A stretch of 64,000 nt of DNA from Nitrospirota bacterium (GTDB lineage Bacteria > Nitrospirota > Thermodesulfovibrionia > Thermodesulfovibrionales > Dissulfurispiraceae). A program made the translations under genes and the position numbers. The stretch lies in contig CAWBMP010000004.1 of assembly GCA_963790025.1 (NCBI GenBank), positions 1,312,001 to 1,376,000 on the forward strand. Direction: 5' to 3'. The notes under the pieces were generated by a model. It was given only the letters and a program-made list of their open reading frames with translations, was not told the origin of the DNA and searched no databases. Below, piece by piece: positions 18,724-29,733 of this stretch (positions within the stretch are counted from its first letter, which is position 1; each line of letters opens with the position of its first letter).

Positions 18724-20820
18724 TTATTCTGTTCGTGCAAAAATAATCCTTGCATCTATGGCAAAGGCACCTCTATCCAAAACCATTAAAGGATTTATGT
18801 CGAGTTCGCGTATAACCGGAAAATCTGTAACTATTGAGGATATTTTCAAAATGCCGTCTGCTATGGCATCGATGTCTACGCTTTTTTCTCCACGCGCTCC
18901 TTTCAAAAGCGCCCCGGTCTTTATCTCGCTGATCATGGATAAGGCCTCTCTGCGTGTAACAGGCGCAATCCTGAACGAGACATCCTTCAGTATTTCAACA
19001 TATATACCGCCCAATCCGAACATGATCATATGCCCGAATGTCCTGTCATAGGTTACGCCCAGGATTACCTCCTTGCCTCCCTTGATCATTTCGTACATCA
19101 TCACCCCGTTGATCATAGCATCCGGCATAAAACGTTTTGCATTGGCGGTTATTTCGATAAAAGCGTCTTCCGCGGCTATTTCGGAATTAATATTGAGCTT
19201 CACTCCGCCAACATCAGTCTTGTGGAGAATATCAGGAGATGAAATCTTCATTACCAGCGGGAACCCTATGCGTTCGGCAATGGCAGCGGCTTCTTTTGCC
19301 GTTCTTGCGAGGGCCCTTTCCGGAAACGTAAACCCATATTGGGAGAATATTGTCAGGGCGTCATCATCACCAACTTCAAACCTGCCTTTTTCCAAAAGTT
19401 TATCGATACTATTTTTTGTCGCATCTATATTATTTGAGGCGCTCGGGGCTATAAGTTCTTCAGTATTGTTCTTCCAGACCGTGAAATCGCAAAGCTTTTT
19501 AAGAGATTTTACCGCCGTTTCGGGAAAAGAAAACGACGGAACGCCGTTGACCTTCATCTTTTCGATTGAGGGCCTTACGCTAACTTCTCCTATAAAGGAG
19601 GTGATAATCGGCTTATCGGTCTCTTGCGCGGTACGAATTATGATATCGGCGGTGTTTGCAACATCGGTCATTGCCTGAGGCGTAAGGATAACAAGAATAC
19701 TATCGACATTGGGGTCGCTGATTGCGCTGTTGAGGACAACGGCATACCGCTCCGAAGTGGCGTCTCCGATAATATCGACAGGATTATATAATGATGCAGT
19801 TGAAGGGAGCATTTTTGAAATATAATCTATGCTCTTCTTTGTCATAATAGGCAGCATAATGCCGGTTTGTTCGGACATGTCGGCAGCCAGTATTCCGGGG
19901 CCGCCGGCATTGGTGATAATCAGCAGCCTGTTGCCGGCAGGGAGTTTCCCGGATGCAAAGGCAAGAGCGGTATCGAACAGGTCCTGTATACCCTGGGCAC
20001 GCATAATGCCCGTCTGCCTGAAAGCGGCGTTGAATGCGGTCTCCGATCCTGCGAGAGCACCGGTATGTGATGAGGCCGCACGGGCGCCGGCCTCGGTACC
20101 CCCGGATTTTATCAGGATGATCGGCTTTATTTTTGTCGCCTTTCTTGCCACATCCAAAAATCTCTTACCATCTATAACATCCTCAATATAGCCCAAAACA
20201 ACGTCGGTATCCGGGTCGGTGGCGAAATATTCAATAAAGTCTGTCTCATTGAGGTCCGTTTTATTGCCGAGACTGATGAACTTCGAGAATCCCATATTGT
20301 TACCCAGCGCCCAATCAAGAATAGCGATCCCGAGGGCTCCGGATTGGGAGAAAAAAGCTATTTTCCCTTTGGGCAGCATCCCACCTGCAAAAGAGGCGTT
20401 CATATTATTAGAAGTATTTATTATACCGAGACAGTTCGGACCCAGTATCCTGATACCGTGTGTTATGCTGATTTCCTTAAGTCTTTTTTCGAGTCTCACG
20501 CCCTCGGGCCCCGCCTCCTTGAACCCGGCGCTCAGAATGACCGCGGCCTTGACGCCTGCATTAGCGCAATCAAGGAGTGCATCAGGCACAGCACAAGCCG
20601 GTACAGCTATTACGGCAAGCTCCGGAGGCTTCCCAATTTCGGCAACCCTGCGGTATGACCTGAGACCTAGCAGGTTGTCGGCTGTCGGATTAACAGGATA
20701 GATGCTTCCTCCATAGTTGAACTTTATGAGATTGTGCAGGACGGCATAGCCCACCTTTTTGGGATCTTTTGACGCACCAATGACGGCTATTGATTCAGGA
20801 TCAAACAGGGATTCAAGCAT
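18724..20820 (-). CDS. ADP-forming acetate/acyl-CoA ligase (fused alpha-beta)
   Basis: 'SIAVIGAS', 'LGPNCLG', 'SQSGA', phospho-His 'SSHTGALAG', 'NPVD', and an ATP-grasp region with 'HKTDVGGV' and 'ELDINP'. Confidence 0.92.
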   Translation of the reverse strand: MLESLFDPESIAVIGASKDPKKVGYAVLHNLIKFNYGGSIYPVNPTADNLLGLRSYRRVAEIGKPPELAVIAVPACAVPDALLDCANAGVKAAVILSAGFKEAGPEGVRLEKRLKEISITHGIRILGPNCLGIINTSNNMNASFAGGMLPKGKIAFFSQSGALGIAILDWALGNNMGFSKFISLGNKTDLNETDFIEYFATDPDTDVVLGYIEDVIDGKRFLDVARKATKIKPIILIKSGGTEAGARAASSHTGALAGSETAFNAAFRQTGIMRAQGIQDLFDTALAFASGKLPAGNRLLIITNAGGPGILAADMSEQTGIMLPIMTKKSIDYISKMLPSTASLYNPVDIIGDATSERYAVVLNSAISDPNVDSILVILTPQAMTDVANTADIIIRTAQETDKPIITSFIGEVSVRPSIEKMKVNGVPSFSFPETAVKSLKKLCDFTVWKNNTEELIAPSASNNIDATKNSIDKLLEKGRFEVGDDDALTIFSQYGFTFPERALARTAKEAAAIAERIGFPLVMKISSPDILHKTDVGGVKLNINSEIAAEDAFIEITANAKRFMPDAMINGVMMYEMIKGGKEVILGVTYDRTFGHMIMFGLGGIYVEILKDVSFRIAPVTRREALSMISEIKTGALLKGARGEKSVDIDAIADGILKISSIVTDFPVIRELDINPLMVLDRGAFAIDARIIFARTE

Positions 20821-20955
20821 TGAATAAGTTTACCCGGGAATTACTCTGCGGTCAAGTGGCCCGGCACAGCATAATTAAAAGAAGATGTTAGAATACGGGC
20901 ATGGATGAGATAAATTCACGTATGCTTGCATTTAGACTTTGCAGATGCCGATCAG

Positions 20956-21405
20956 TCATCTATTGATTGCCGATTCCAACCATGCCCGCATCTCGGTTTC
21001 CGGATAAGCCCCGTAGAGTGTATCTACAAGCTTGCCGTTCCCGTAAACCAGTATCGATGGAACAGCCCTGATTTGAAAGCGGCTGGTAAGAACAGGTTCT
21101 CTTTCGATGTTGACCCTTACGACCTTCACGAGGCCGGCTTTCTCATGCGCCAGCCTTTCCAAGAGGGGCTGAATCATAGAACAAGCACTGCACGTTTGGG
21201 ACCAGAACTCGACTATTGCCTTCCCGGCCCATTCCAAAACTTCCTTCCCGTAATTCTCTATAGTCCCCTCGACAGGCCTCACAGGAAATTCGAGAAGGCG
21301 TCTGCATTTTCCGCAACGAGGCCGCTCCATCAGCCTGCTTGACTGGACATGGTTCAGAGTTCTGCACGACCTGCATCTGAGGTATACCGAATCACCTGTA
21401 TTCAT
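20956..21405 (-). CDS. TrxC-like thioredoxin with N-terminal zinc ribbon
   Basis: CRSC...CGKC zinc finger, then a thioredoxin fold with active site 'FWSQTCSAC' and a cis-Pro 'RAVP'. Confidence 0.85.
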   Translation of the reverse strand: MNTGDSVYLRCRSCRTLNHVQSSRLMERPRCGKCRRLLEFPVRPVEGTIENYGKEVLEWAGKAIVEFWSQTCSACSMIQPLLERLAHEKAGLVKVVRVNIEREPVLTSRFQIRAVPSILVYGNGKLVDTLYGAYPETEMRAWLESAINR

Positions 21406-21682
21406 GTTTAATATCTAATGGCAAATACGTAATTTCATATGATAACATGCAAAGTGCAGTACCATGTAAATTACGTCGAAGGCTTCAGTCTTCTGCTCCC
21501 GGCAAAACCGAGAATTTTGAAACTTTTCCCCATCATCATCTACCTCCCGATTAATTCGTCTACGATAGCAAGTCAAAAATAGACGCACTTAATGCATCTT
21601 TCTTACAGTGTATCATCTTTTATGCAATACCTTAAGAAAAGACATCGCGAAAGTGTAAATGGCGCCTATCCGCCTGATAGTC

Positions 21683-23035
21683 TTATATTACGGGCAGCCT
21701 GGCTATAGATTCTTTTATCATTGCCTCCGGATACTCGTGATCTATGAGTTTTCCTCTAAGGTAATCGTCATATGCAGCAAGATCGAGGTAGCCGTGGCCG
21801 CTAAGGTTGAAGAGGATGCATTTCTCCTTGCCTTCCTCTTTGCATTGCATCGCCTCATCGATCGCCGCACGTATTGCATGTGAGGTTTCCGGAGCAGGTA
21901 TGATCCCCTCGCTTTTTGCAAAAAGTACGGCCGCTTCAAAGCATGAGAGTTGCGGGTATGCCCTTGCCTCAATGATACCGTCGTAATAAAGCTGCGAAAC
22001 AAGGGGCGAATCGCCATGATACCGCAACCCTCCAGCATGAATACCAGGGGGAATAAAGTCGTGACCGAGAGTATACATCATCATAAACGGTGTAAGTCCG
22101 GCGGTATCTCCGAAGTCGTATCTGAACTCTCCTTTGGTAAGCGTGGGACAGGATGCCGGCTCCACGGCTATGGCCCGAAGTTCTTTTCCATGCATTTTGT
22201 CGTAAAGGAAGGGGAAGCTGATGCCGCCGAAATTGCTGCCGCCGCCACAGCAGCCGATTATAATATCAGGGTATTCACCTGCGAGGGCAAGCTGTTTTTT
22301 TGACTCGAGGCCGATAACCGTTTGATGCAGGAGTACGTGGTTCAAAACAGAGCCAAGGGCATAGTTGGTATCTGTATGAGTTGCAGCGTCTTCAACCGCC
22401 TCAGAGATCGCCAGCCCCAGACTTCCGGGAGTTGCCGGGTCTGCCTCAAGTGCCTTTCTGCCGGAATTAGTGACTGTCGAAGGACTCGGATGCACTGTCG
22501 CACCCCATGTCTCCATGGAAATCTTCCTATAGGGCTTCTGGTCATAGCTCACGCGCACCATATATACCGTGACATCCAATCCGAACATATTGCCTGCAAG
22601 GGCCATCGACGAGCCCCACTGGCCGGCGCCGGTTTCGGTGGCGATTCTGGTTATCCCTGCTTTTTTGTTATAAAACGCCTGCGGAACAGCGGTATTGGGC
22701 TTATGACTTCCAGCCGGACTCACTCCTTCATATTTATAGTAAATCCGGGCAGGAGTTTTCAATACTGCCTCCAACCGTTTTGCCCTGAACAAAGGGGCAG
22801 GCCTCCAAAGAGTATAAATATCCAGGACCTCATCGGGAATCGTTACCCATCGTTCGGCAGACATCTCCTGTTCAATAAGAGACATTGGGAATATGGCTGC
22901 CAGGTCATCAGGGCCGACGGGCTTTTTTGTTGCGGGATGAAGCGGCGGGCCAGGAATATGGGGCATATCTGCCATGATGTTGTACCATTGCTTCGGTATG
23001 TCTTTTTCAGGTAGAAGAATTTTTGTTTCGGACAT
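21683..23035 (-). CDS. trpB2: TrpB2-type (stand-alone) tryptophan synthase beta / PLP enzyme
   Basis: 'IPKQWYNI', '[11 protein letters not shown]', 'TETGAGQWG', 'GGGSNF', 'HAGGLRYHG' and 'NLSGHG'. Confidence 0.93.
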   Translation of the reverse strand: MSETKILLPEKDIPKQWYNIMADMPHIPGPPLHPATKKPVGPDDLAAIFPMSLIEQEMSAERWVTIPDEVLDIYTLWRPAPLFRAKRLEAVLKTPARIYYKYEGVSPAGSHKPNTAVPQAFYNKKAGITRIATETGAGQWGSSMALAGNMFGLDVTVYMVRVSYDQKPYRKISMETWGATVHPSPSTVTNSGRKALEADPATPGSLGLAISEAVEDAATHTDTNYALGSVLNHVLLHQTVIGLESKKQLALAGEYPDIIIGCCGGGSNFGGISFPFLYDKMHGKELRAIAVEPASCPTLTKGEFRYDFGDTAGLTPFMMMYTLGHDFIPPGIHAGGLRYHGDSPLVSQLYYDGIIEARAYPQLSCFEAAVLFAKSEGIIPAPETSHAIRAAIDEAMQCKEEGKEKCILFNLSGHGYLDLAAYDDYLRGKLIDHEYPEAMIKESIARLPVI

Positions 23036-23193
23036 TTCCCCTCCATGCTATAAGTGCTTGAATCATGATGATCTTAATGGTTTATTATACAATTAAGATA
23101 GCATTTGTTGAACTCCGGCCGCTGCGCATCGCTATGATACAAATCCTCTCCTTAAACCAGGTATACGTTGTCTTTAAACAATGCGCCAAGGTC

Positions 23194-24426
23194 TTATGAT
23201 TGCTCCAAGGAGTCAGTATTCGTTAGCTGCGGGAAAAGGCGTGTCCATATTGCGATGATGATAAGTGTGCCAATGCCGCCGATCACTACAGACGGCACAA
23301 CGCCAAACCAGGCGGCGGTTACACCGGATTCAAATTCTCCCAGCTGGTTCGAGGTACCAATAAACATCGAGTTCACGGCGCTCACCCGTCCTCGCATTTC
23401 ATCGGGAGTCTTTATCTGGATAAGAGAGTGCCGAATGACAACGCTGATCACATCCGCAGCTCCAAGTACAACCATTGTACAAAGTGACAGGACGAACGAA
23501 GTCGATATAGCAAACACAATGGTAGCCACACCAAAAATCGTTACTGCACCAAACATGATCCGCCCGACTCGGCGTCGGAGCGGGTGGCGCGCCAGTAATA
23601 TCGACATTGCGAGCGCTCCGACCGCAGGGGCTGAGCGCAGCAAGCCCAATCCCCAGGGACCGGTTGACAGGATGTCTCGCGCATAAATGGGCAAAAGTGC
23701 CGTTGCTCCGCCAAAGAGCACAGCGAAAAGATCGAGGGATATGGCCCCCAAGATAGCCGGACGGCCTCGGATAAAGGAAATGCCCGCAAATAGTGACTGA
23801 AGGGTGACCAGTTCGTGCTTTGCGGGTACATGTTCACTCTTGATCAGGGAAGTGAATATGCTCGCCGCGAAAAACAAAACAGCGGCAGTAAAATAGACTG
23901 TGGCAGGGCCCGCAGCATACAGCAATCCTCCGATTGCGGGGCCCAGAATGGTGGCAGTCTGGAATGATGAGGCGCCCCAGGCGGCGGCACGCGGTATAAG
24001 TGCGATAGGAACCAGGGTAGGCATCAGCGACTGCATAGTAGGCCACTCGAAGGCATGTGCCGCTCCAACAACAAACAATGCGGCAAAGATGCTCCTCTCG
24101 CTCAGCCAGCCGCTGGAGCTTCCTATTGCCAGTACCCCTATGGCAACGGCCTCAATTGCCAGGCAGAGACGAGCAACAATGCGGCGGTTATAGCGGTCGG
24201 CAACATGTCCCGTAACAAGCGTTAGAAAAAACATCGGCAGAAACTGTACGAGGCCGACAAGGCCGAGATCCATTGCACTGCCTGTTAATGCATATATATG
24301 CCAGCCCACGGCAACTCCCAGCATCTGGAAGGCAAGGGAAGTGGACACCCGTGCGCACAGGAACAAAGCAAAGGGCTTGTGCCGCAGAATTGATTGAGAT
24401 ACAGCTGGATTAGGTGGCAGATCCAT
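23194..24426 (-). CDS. MFS transporter (EntS/H+ antiporter-like)
   Basis: About 12 TM segments, motif A 'GHVADRYNRR' and 'TPDEMRGRV'. Confidence 0.9.
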   Translation of the reverse strand: MDLPPNPAVSQSILRHKPFALFLCARVSTSLAFQMLGVAVGWHIYALTGSAMDLGLVGLVQFLPMFFLTLVTGHVADRYNRRIVARLCLAIEAVAIGVLAIGSSSGWLSERSIFAALFVVGAAHAFEWPTMQSLMPTLVPIALIPRAAAWGASSFQTATILGPAIGGLLYAAGPATVYFTAAVLFFAASIFTSLIKSEHVPAKHELVTLQSLFAGISFIRGRPAILGAISLDLFAVLFGGATALLPIYARDILSTGPWGLGLLRSAPAVGALAMSILLARHPLRRRVGRIMFGAVTIFGVATIVFAISTSFVLSLCTMVVLGAADVISVVIRHSLIQIKTPDEMRGRVSAVNSMFIGTSNQLGEFESGVTAAWFGVVPSVVIGGIGTLIIIAIWTRLFPQLTNTDSLEQS

Positions 24427-24485
24427 AATAGTATAAATGCAAACGCGGAATTGTTCTGTTCAGTCAAAAAACCGAGTACATCAGC

Positions 24486-25202
24486 TTACCGACCTTTTAC
24501 AAGCGGATCAGGCAATCCAGCTTCCTTGAACCCTTTTGCCCGTAACAAACAGCTATCGCATCGGCCGCAGGGAACAAAACCGTGCTGCGCAATGCGTGAC
24601 GCATGAGCAGCCTCATCACTGCCTTTCTGCGGGTCATAACAGCTCCAGGTTTGCGCATAATCCAGACCGAGGGCAACGCCTCTTTTAATTATTCCGGCCT
24701 TTGTCAGATCAATCAGAGGTCTATAGATTTTAAATTGCATTTTCCCCTCTACAGATATCTTTGTAGAAAGGTTTGCCATCATTTCAAATGCGGTGAAATA
24801 TTCCGGGCGGCAGTCAGGATACCCGCTATAGTCAATAGCGTTTGCACCAATAAAGATATGCGGCGCCCCGAGGACTTCGGACCATGCCAGGGCAAAAGAA
24901 AGGAAAATAGTGTTGCGCGCCGGGACATAAGTAACGGGAATATCGGATGACACATCGCGGTCTTTAGGCACTTCAATGTCCGAGGTCAGAGCGGAACCGC
25001 CGATTTCTCTGAGGTCGAATTTAATAAAAAGGTGGTTGCGAATGCCGAGGCTTGCCGCCACCATTTTAGCGGACTCAAGCTCTACACGGTGTCTTTGCGC
25101 GTAATCAAAGCTTAAAGCGTGCACATCGTAGCCCTCTGCTTTTGCAATGGCGGCTGTTGTCGAGGAGTCGAGTCCTCCGCTCAGAAGCACTACAGCTTTC
25201 AT
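24486..25202 (-). CDS. queC: 7-cyano-7-deazaguanine synthase
   Basis: 'SGGLDS', 'YVPARN', 'YSGYPDCR' and 'TWSCY...CGRCDSC'. Confidence 0.96.
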   Translation of the reverse strand: MKAVVLLSGGLDSSTTAAIAKAEGYDVHALSFDYAQRHRVELESAKMVAASLGIRNHLFIKFDLREIGGSALTSDIEVPKDRDVSSDIPVTYVPARNTIFLSFALAWSEVLGAPHIFIGANAIDYSGYPDCRPEYFTAFEMMANLSTKISVEGKMQFKIYRPLIDLTKAGIIKRGVALGLDYAQTWSCYDPQKGSDEAAHASRIAQHGFVPCGRCDSCLLRAKGFKEAGLPDPLVKGR

Positions 25203-25837
25203 GTTTTTTGCCCCATTATGCTTTCGGTCCCGTCCAGCAGACGCTTGATATTATCCTTATGTTTAATGAAGATGAGCAGGGTCATAACGCATGAAATGAA
25301 TATCTTCTCTTTAGAATAGTCTATCAAATAAAAGCTTAGAGGCAAGAGTCCAAAGGCTGTAAGGGCGCTCAGAGAGGAGTACCGCGTCCACTTTGCAGTG
25401 AGGACCCAGATAAGGACCGAAAAAAGGGCCACATACGGTGACAGAACAATGAGGACCCCTATGCTTGTTGCAACTCCTTTGCCACCTCTGCCTTTGAGCA
25501 GAAAGGAAAAATCATGACCGGCTATCGAAGCGAGCCCCAACAATCCTTCGATTGCCGCATGAGGATCGGAAATTGAAAACGGCAGTGTGCCGGGGTCCCA
25601 AATCCGGTAACCCTGGCTGTCGAGAGTTTTATAAATAACCAACGGGACAGCCCCTTTAGCAATATCCCCGATAAGTGTGAGCAGAGCAGCCCTTTTGCCC
25701 ACGGCCCTCAGAACATTGGTGGCCCCGATATTGCCGCTCCCGACCTTTCTAAGGTCAATCCCTTTCACGCGTGCAATAATCAACCCAGTCGGAAGCGACC
25801 CGATTAAAAACGAAAACAGCACAAGGACTAATAGCAT
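25199..25837 (-). CDS. plsY: Glycerol-3-phosphate acyltransferase PlsY
   Basis: 'GSGNIGATN', 'DIAKG', 'GGKGVAT' and '[11 protein letters not shown]'. Confidence 0.95.
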   Translation of the reverse strand: MLLVLVLFSFLIGSLPTGLIIARVKGIDLRKVGSGNIGATNVLRAVGKRAALLTLIGDIAKGAVPLVIYKTLDSQGYRIWDPGTLPFSISDPHAAIEGLLGLASIAGHDFSFLLKGRGGKGVATSIGVLIVLSPYVALFSVLIWVLTAKWTRYSSLSALTAFGLLPLSFYLIDYSKEKIFISCVMTLLIFIKHKDNIKRLLDGTESIMGQKT

Positions 25838-25871
25838 GCCGTTTTCCTAAGCAGTAATTCGGAAAGCGATA

Positions 25872-25932
25872 AGTGTAATGAAGGATATGTTTCCGGAGCG
25901 AATCGCGGAGGAAACATATCCTTCATTACACT
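25872..25932. mobile_element. Short (61 bp) member of a palindromic MITE-like family
   Basis: Perfect 23-bp inverted repeat AGTGTAATGAAGGATATGTTTCC around GGAGCGAATCGCGGA. It shares termini and an internal motif with the copies at 39.4 and 41.3 kb. Confidence 0.85.
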
Positions 25933-25940
25933 GAAACCAA

Positions 25941-26477
25941 TCATTGAATCCGTTTCCAGAAAGATATGGTGTAGTTCACGCCGGAAGTGATCGCAAGCAC
26001 AAGGGCCACATACATAAGGATGAGGCCCACATCGTAAAAATCAACATTGCCGATGCCGCCGGGCAGAAGGAGGAGTACTATAGATACCATCTGCGCGGTA
26101 GTCTTTAGCTTGCCTCCTGTTTCCGCCGGGATGACGATGTCTTTCGACAATGCTACGACCCTTAAGGCAGTGACCACAAATTCCCGCACAATTATTATTA
26201 TCGCGATCCATGCGGAAAGCCTGACCATATCAACTAATAGAATCAGCGCGGAAATAACAAGAAATTTATCTGCGATCGGGTCAAGGATTATGCCGAATTT
26301 CGTTATTTGACCCGATCTTCTTGCCAGGTAGCCGTCTAAAAAATCTGTCAGTGAGGCAATCAGAAAGATGCTGATGCCCAAATACGGACTGCCTGGAGTA
26401 ATAATAACAAAGAAAGGAATAAGAAATATCCTGCTGAAGGTGAGGATTGTGGGTACATTAAACCTGATCGTACGCAT
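25941..26477 (-). CDS. pgsA: CDP-diacylglycerol--glycerol-3-phosphate phosphatidyltransferase
   Basis: CDP-alcohol motif 'TDFLDGYLARR...FGIILDPIADK'. Confidence 0.95.
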   Translation of the reverse strand: MRTIRFNVPTILTFSRIFLIPFFVIITPGSPYLGISIFLIASLTDFLDGYLARRSGQITKFGIILDPIADKFLVISALILLVDMVRLSAWIAIIIIVREFVVTALRVVALSKDIVIPAETGGKLKTTAQMVSIVLLLLPGGIGNVDFYDVGLILMYVALVLAITSGVNYTISFWKRIQ

Positions 26478-27039
26478 CCAGCAATTCGCCCCATTTCCCG
26501 TTCGCTTTTAATATCAGATCGCAAATCTCCCTCACCGCGCCTCTGCCGCCGCGCGCTTTGGTGACAAAAAGGGCCGCCTCCTTAGCCTCTTCAGCCGCAT
26601 CAGCCACAGCAACAGCAAGGCCGACTCTTTTAAACAGCGGAACATCCACAACATCATCCCCGATATAGGCCACTTCTTCAGCCGCAACTCCGAATTTCGA
26701 GAGCAGTTCCTGATAGGCTGTGATTTTGTTGTGAGAGCGCTGGTAGACCTCTGTGATTCCCAGCTCAGAGGCCCGCCTGTCCACAACTTTGGAATTTCTT
26801 CCTGAAATAATCGCAACTTTGACACCGGCCTTTTTGAGCATTACCAGCCCATGCCCGTCGCGGACATTAAACGATTTGAATTCATTGCCTTCGTTATCGA
26901 GAATAATGCCCCCATCCGTAAGCACCCCATCAACATCCAGTACAAGCAGCTTGATCTTACCGGCTATTTTTATTATGCTAAGCGGGATTTTTTCGAGTTT
27001 TGCCGGATGTTTCGTTGCCGGGGCTTTTCGTGCGCCCAC
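26458..27039 (-). CDS. kdsC: KDO-8-phosphate phosphatase (HAD)
   Basis: 'LDVDGVLTDG', 'FNVRDG', 'YIGDD' and 'GGRGAVRE'. Confidence 0.92.
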   Translation of the reverse strand: MGARKAPATKHPAKLEKIPLSIIKIAGKIKLLVLDVDGVLTDGGIILDNEGNEFKSFNVRDGHGLVMLKKAGVKVAIISGRNSKVVDRRASELGITEVYQRSHNKITAYQELLSKFGVAAEEVAYIGDDVVDVPLFKRVGLAVAVADAAEEAKEAALFVTKARGGRGAVREICDLILKANGKWGELLDAYDQV

Positions 27040-28007
27040 TACGCAATCCCCTGCCTGAGTATGTCGTGCAAGTGAATTATGCCTTTTGCCTTTCCCTCGT
27101 CATCAGGCACTGCAAGGGAAGTAATAGATTTCTCCTCCATAATTGCCAGGGCCTTCGCCGCGAGTTCATGTTCAGCAATTGTCTTCGGATTCTTCGTCAT
27201 CACTTCTTCAGCCGTCATATCGAAAAATGATCTGCCCCATTTTTCTATTCCCCTCCTCAAGTCGCCGTCAGTGACAATGCCCTGGATTATCATGTCATTT
27301 GCGCATACAAGCGTTATGCCTAGCCTCTTGTATGATATTTCCATGACCGCTGCTATCATGGGGGTTTCAGGGGAGACCACGGGAAGCGCATCTCCCGTAT
27401 GCATAAGGTCCTTGACCCGGATAAGCAGTTTCTTGCCGAGACTGCCGCCGGGATGAAAAAAAGCGAAATCCTCCTCATTAAATCCTCTCTTTGTCAAAAG
27501 TGCTACGGCAATGGCATCTCCCATCGCCATGGCGGCTGTTGTAGAGGCCGTTGGCACAATACCGAAAGAGCACGCTTCCTCGGCTACAGACACATCAAGG
27601 GCGGCATCAGCGGCTTTAGCCAATGTTGAAGCCGGGTTCCCTGCCAGGGATATCAACCGGACATTGAACCGCTCCAGAAAAGGTAGCAGCCCGACAAGTT
27701 CCTCTGTCTCCCCGCTGTTTGAAAGGGCAATAACAACATCATCAGAAGTGACCATGCCGAGGTCCCCATGCCCCGCTTCGGCAGGGTGCATGAAAAAGGC
27801 CGGCGTGCCGGTTGATGCCAGAGTGGCCGCTATTTTCTTACCCACCAGGCCGGATTTCCCCATGCCGGTGACAACCACCCTCCCCTTGCAGTTGAAGATA
27901 ATATCAACCGCCCTTGCGAACATGCCGTCGAGCTTTCCGATCAGTCCGGCGACCGCACCTGCCTCAATGGTAAAAACTTTTTTTGCAATATCAATTATAT
28001 TGTCCAT
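27039..28007 (-). CDS. kdsD: Arabinose-5-phosphate isomerase (KpsF/GutQ, SIS + 2 CBS)
   Basis: 'GMGKSG', 'HPAEAGHGDLG', 'HPGGSLG' and a CBS pair. Start taken at MDNII. Confidence 0.95.
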   Translation of the reverse strand: MDNIIDIAKKVFTIEAGAVAGLIGKLDGMFARAVDIIFNCKGRVVVTGMGKSGLVGKKIAATLASTGTPAFFMHPAEAGHGDLGMVTSDDVVIALSNSGETEELVGLLPFLERFNVRLISLAGNPASTLAKAADAALDVSVAEEACSFGIVPTASTTAAMAMGDAIAVALLTKRGFNEEDFAFFHPGGSLGKKLLIRVKDLMHTGDALPVVSPETPMIAAVMEISYKRLGITLVCANDMIIQGIVTDGDLRRGIEKWGRSFFDMTAEEVMTKNPKTIAEHELAAKALAIMEEKSITSLAVPDDEGKAKGIIHLHDILRQGIA

Positions 28008-28026
28008 GAAATCCCTTCTCAGATTT

Positions 28027-28482
28027 TTAATCGCATTGCAGCCATGCCGGAGGAATCTTTTTTCTGCGGGCTTCATCCTCGATACGGGCCAGATCTTTCT
28101 CCCTGTCTTTCAGGAGTTTATTAGCATCTATCAGATTGTCCTGAGTTTTCTTTATCTTTCTGTCTATATACTTTTTATCTTTCCCGGTTTCCTTACAGGC
28201 TGCATTCTTAAGATCAGACAGCAAAACTTCTTCCTTATCTATTTCATATTGTGCCTGCCCGATCCTTTTTTTGTAGTAAGCGGACCGCTTGCACCAATAT
28301 TCCTTCTCCGTGTCCTCTTTTGTTTTCGGGGGGTCCTCTTTCCCGCTGTCAGGCTTCGAAGCCTTTGCACCCTGTGCGGTATCATCAGAAGCCGTATCAC
28401 CGGTTGAATGGGCCACGGAAAAAAGACCTAACCACAGAGACACAGAGACGCAGAGATAAAAAATAAAAAGTCTGTGTTTCAT
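28027..28482 (-). CDS. Hypothetical exported coiled-coil protein
   Basis: Signal-peptide-like N-terminus, 'EYWCKR' and C-terminal '[12 protein letters not shown]'. It overlaps the kdsA stop. Confidence 0.65.
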   Translation of the reverse strand: MKHRLFIFYLCVSVSLWLGLFSVAHSTGDTASDDTAQGAKASKPDSGKEDPPKTKEDTEKEYWCKRSAYYKKRIGQAQYEIDKEEVLLSDLKNAACKETGKDKKYIDRKIKKTQDNLIDANKLLKDREKDLARIEDEARRKKIPPAWLQCD

Positions 28483-29303
28483 TTTTCTTCCTGGGCAAGC
28501 AGGTCATGAATGGCCCGCAACGTTTTCAGTAAAGCTCCCAGACTTTCCAGCGGCAGCATATTCGGTCCATCGCATAGGGCCTTGTCGGGGTCGGGGTGGA
28601 CCTCCATAAACAGACCATCGACACCCACTGCAACAGCGGCCCGCGCAAAAGGCGCCCCGAATTCACGCTGGCCTCCTGAGGCGTTGCCAAGACCGCCGGG
28701 CAGTTGCAGGCTGTGGGTGACATCAAAAATCACCGGATAACCGAAAGAGCGCATGATGGGCAATCCCCTGAAATCCACCACAAGATTATTATAGCCGAAA
28801 GATGTGCCCCTTTCCGTGAGCAGTAGTTGTCTGTTTCCTGTTGATACGAACTTGTCGACAATATGCCTGGCATCCCAAGGAGCAAGAAACTGTCCTTTCT
28901 TGATATTTACAGGCTTGCCTGTTTCGGAGGCGGCAACAATTAAATCGGTCTGCCGGCACAAAAATGCCGGGAGTTGCAACACATCGAGGACGGCAGAAGC
29001 TGTTTTTATCTCCCGGACAGAGTGCACGTCGGAAAGTACCGGTATGCCGAATTTGCGTTTAACTTCCGCCAGTATCGAAAGACCTTTTTCAATTCCAGGA
29101 CCCCTATAGGACGAAACAGAGGTCCGGTTTGCCTTATCATAGGAGCTTTTAAAGATAAAAGGCAGGCCGGCAGCGCTGCATAAGGCCTTCAGCTTCCCGG
29201 CAGTGTAAAAAGTGATGTCTTCATTCTCTATAACGCACGGTCCCGCAATGATTACAGGTAAATTGCCGTTGCCTATGAAAAAAGTCTCTAATTGTATTTC
29301 CAT
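28479..29303 (-). CDS. kdsA: KDO-8-phosphate synthase
   Basis: 'AGPCVIE', 'KANRTS', '[10 protein letters not shown]', 'KKGQF' and 'ALCDGP'. Start taken at MEIQL. Confidence 0.96.
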   Translation of the reverse strand: MEIQLETFFIGNGNLPVIIAGPCVIENEDITFYTAGKLKALCSAAGLPFIFKSSYDKANRTSVSSYRGPGIEKGLSILAEVKRKFGIPVLSDVHSVREIKTASAVLDVLQLPAFLCRQTDLIVAASETGKPVNIKKGQFLAPWDARHIVDKFVSTGNRQLLLTERGTSFGYNNLVVDFRGLPIMRSFGYPVIFDVTHSLQLPGGLGNASGGQREFGAPFARAAVAVGVDGLFMEVHPDPDKALCDGPNMLPLESLGALLKTLRAIHDLLAQEEK

Positions 29304-29474
29304 ATGATTGACTGGTGAATGACTGCCCGATTTTTTGTGTATTATATCATTAAAGCGCTTAAATTCATAAATACGGTGTAGCACCGAGAGCGTATTTATG
29401 AATTTAAGCGCTGAGCTATTCTTTGTCAGTGGCGGGGGGACTAATCAGCTTTTTTTCCCCGCCTTCCGGATGGA

Positions 29475-29630
29475 GCAGTCGGCACTTTTCCCATTGTCGG
29501 CATCGGGGCATCCGCCGGAGGGTTGGAGGCGCTGGAGTCAGATCTGCGCCTTGCAAGAGGGGATTTGGAACAGCGCGTTGCAGGACACCAAGCAGAGCTA
29601 AAGAAGATCACCGGGATAAAACAATCATAG
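29475..29630 (+). pseudogene. Remnant of a CheB(-CheR-sensor kinase) fusion gene
   Basis: The frame reads 'FPIVGIGASAGGLEALE' (CheB catalytic Ser motif) joined directly to 'LRLARGDLEQRVAGHQAELKK'. No start codon follows the stop at 29442. Confidence 0.7.
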
Positions 29631-29733
29631 GCAAGTAATGGCTCAATCATTTGACATAATACCCTTACGTCATTAAGGTAGGTAATGTAGTGCTGCGCAA
29701 ACGCTCCGGGATGACTATGACAAGGGGACAAAT

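Noticed and set aside
27511..28407. Long plus-strand ORF (298 aa) and similar antisense ORFs opposite trpB2, the acetate-CoA ligase and the cob genes
   Set aside because: They lie antisense to well-supported genes and have no motifs of their own.
29640..29733. Possible Mn (yybP-ykoY) or NiCo riboswitch ahead of the YtaF/MntP-like gene
   Set aside because: Only a short hairpin is visible, and I could not find the conserved motifs of either family.
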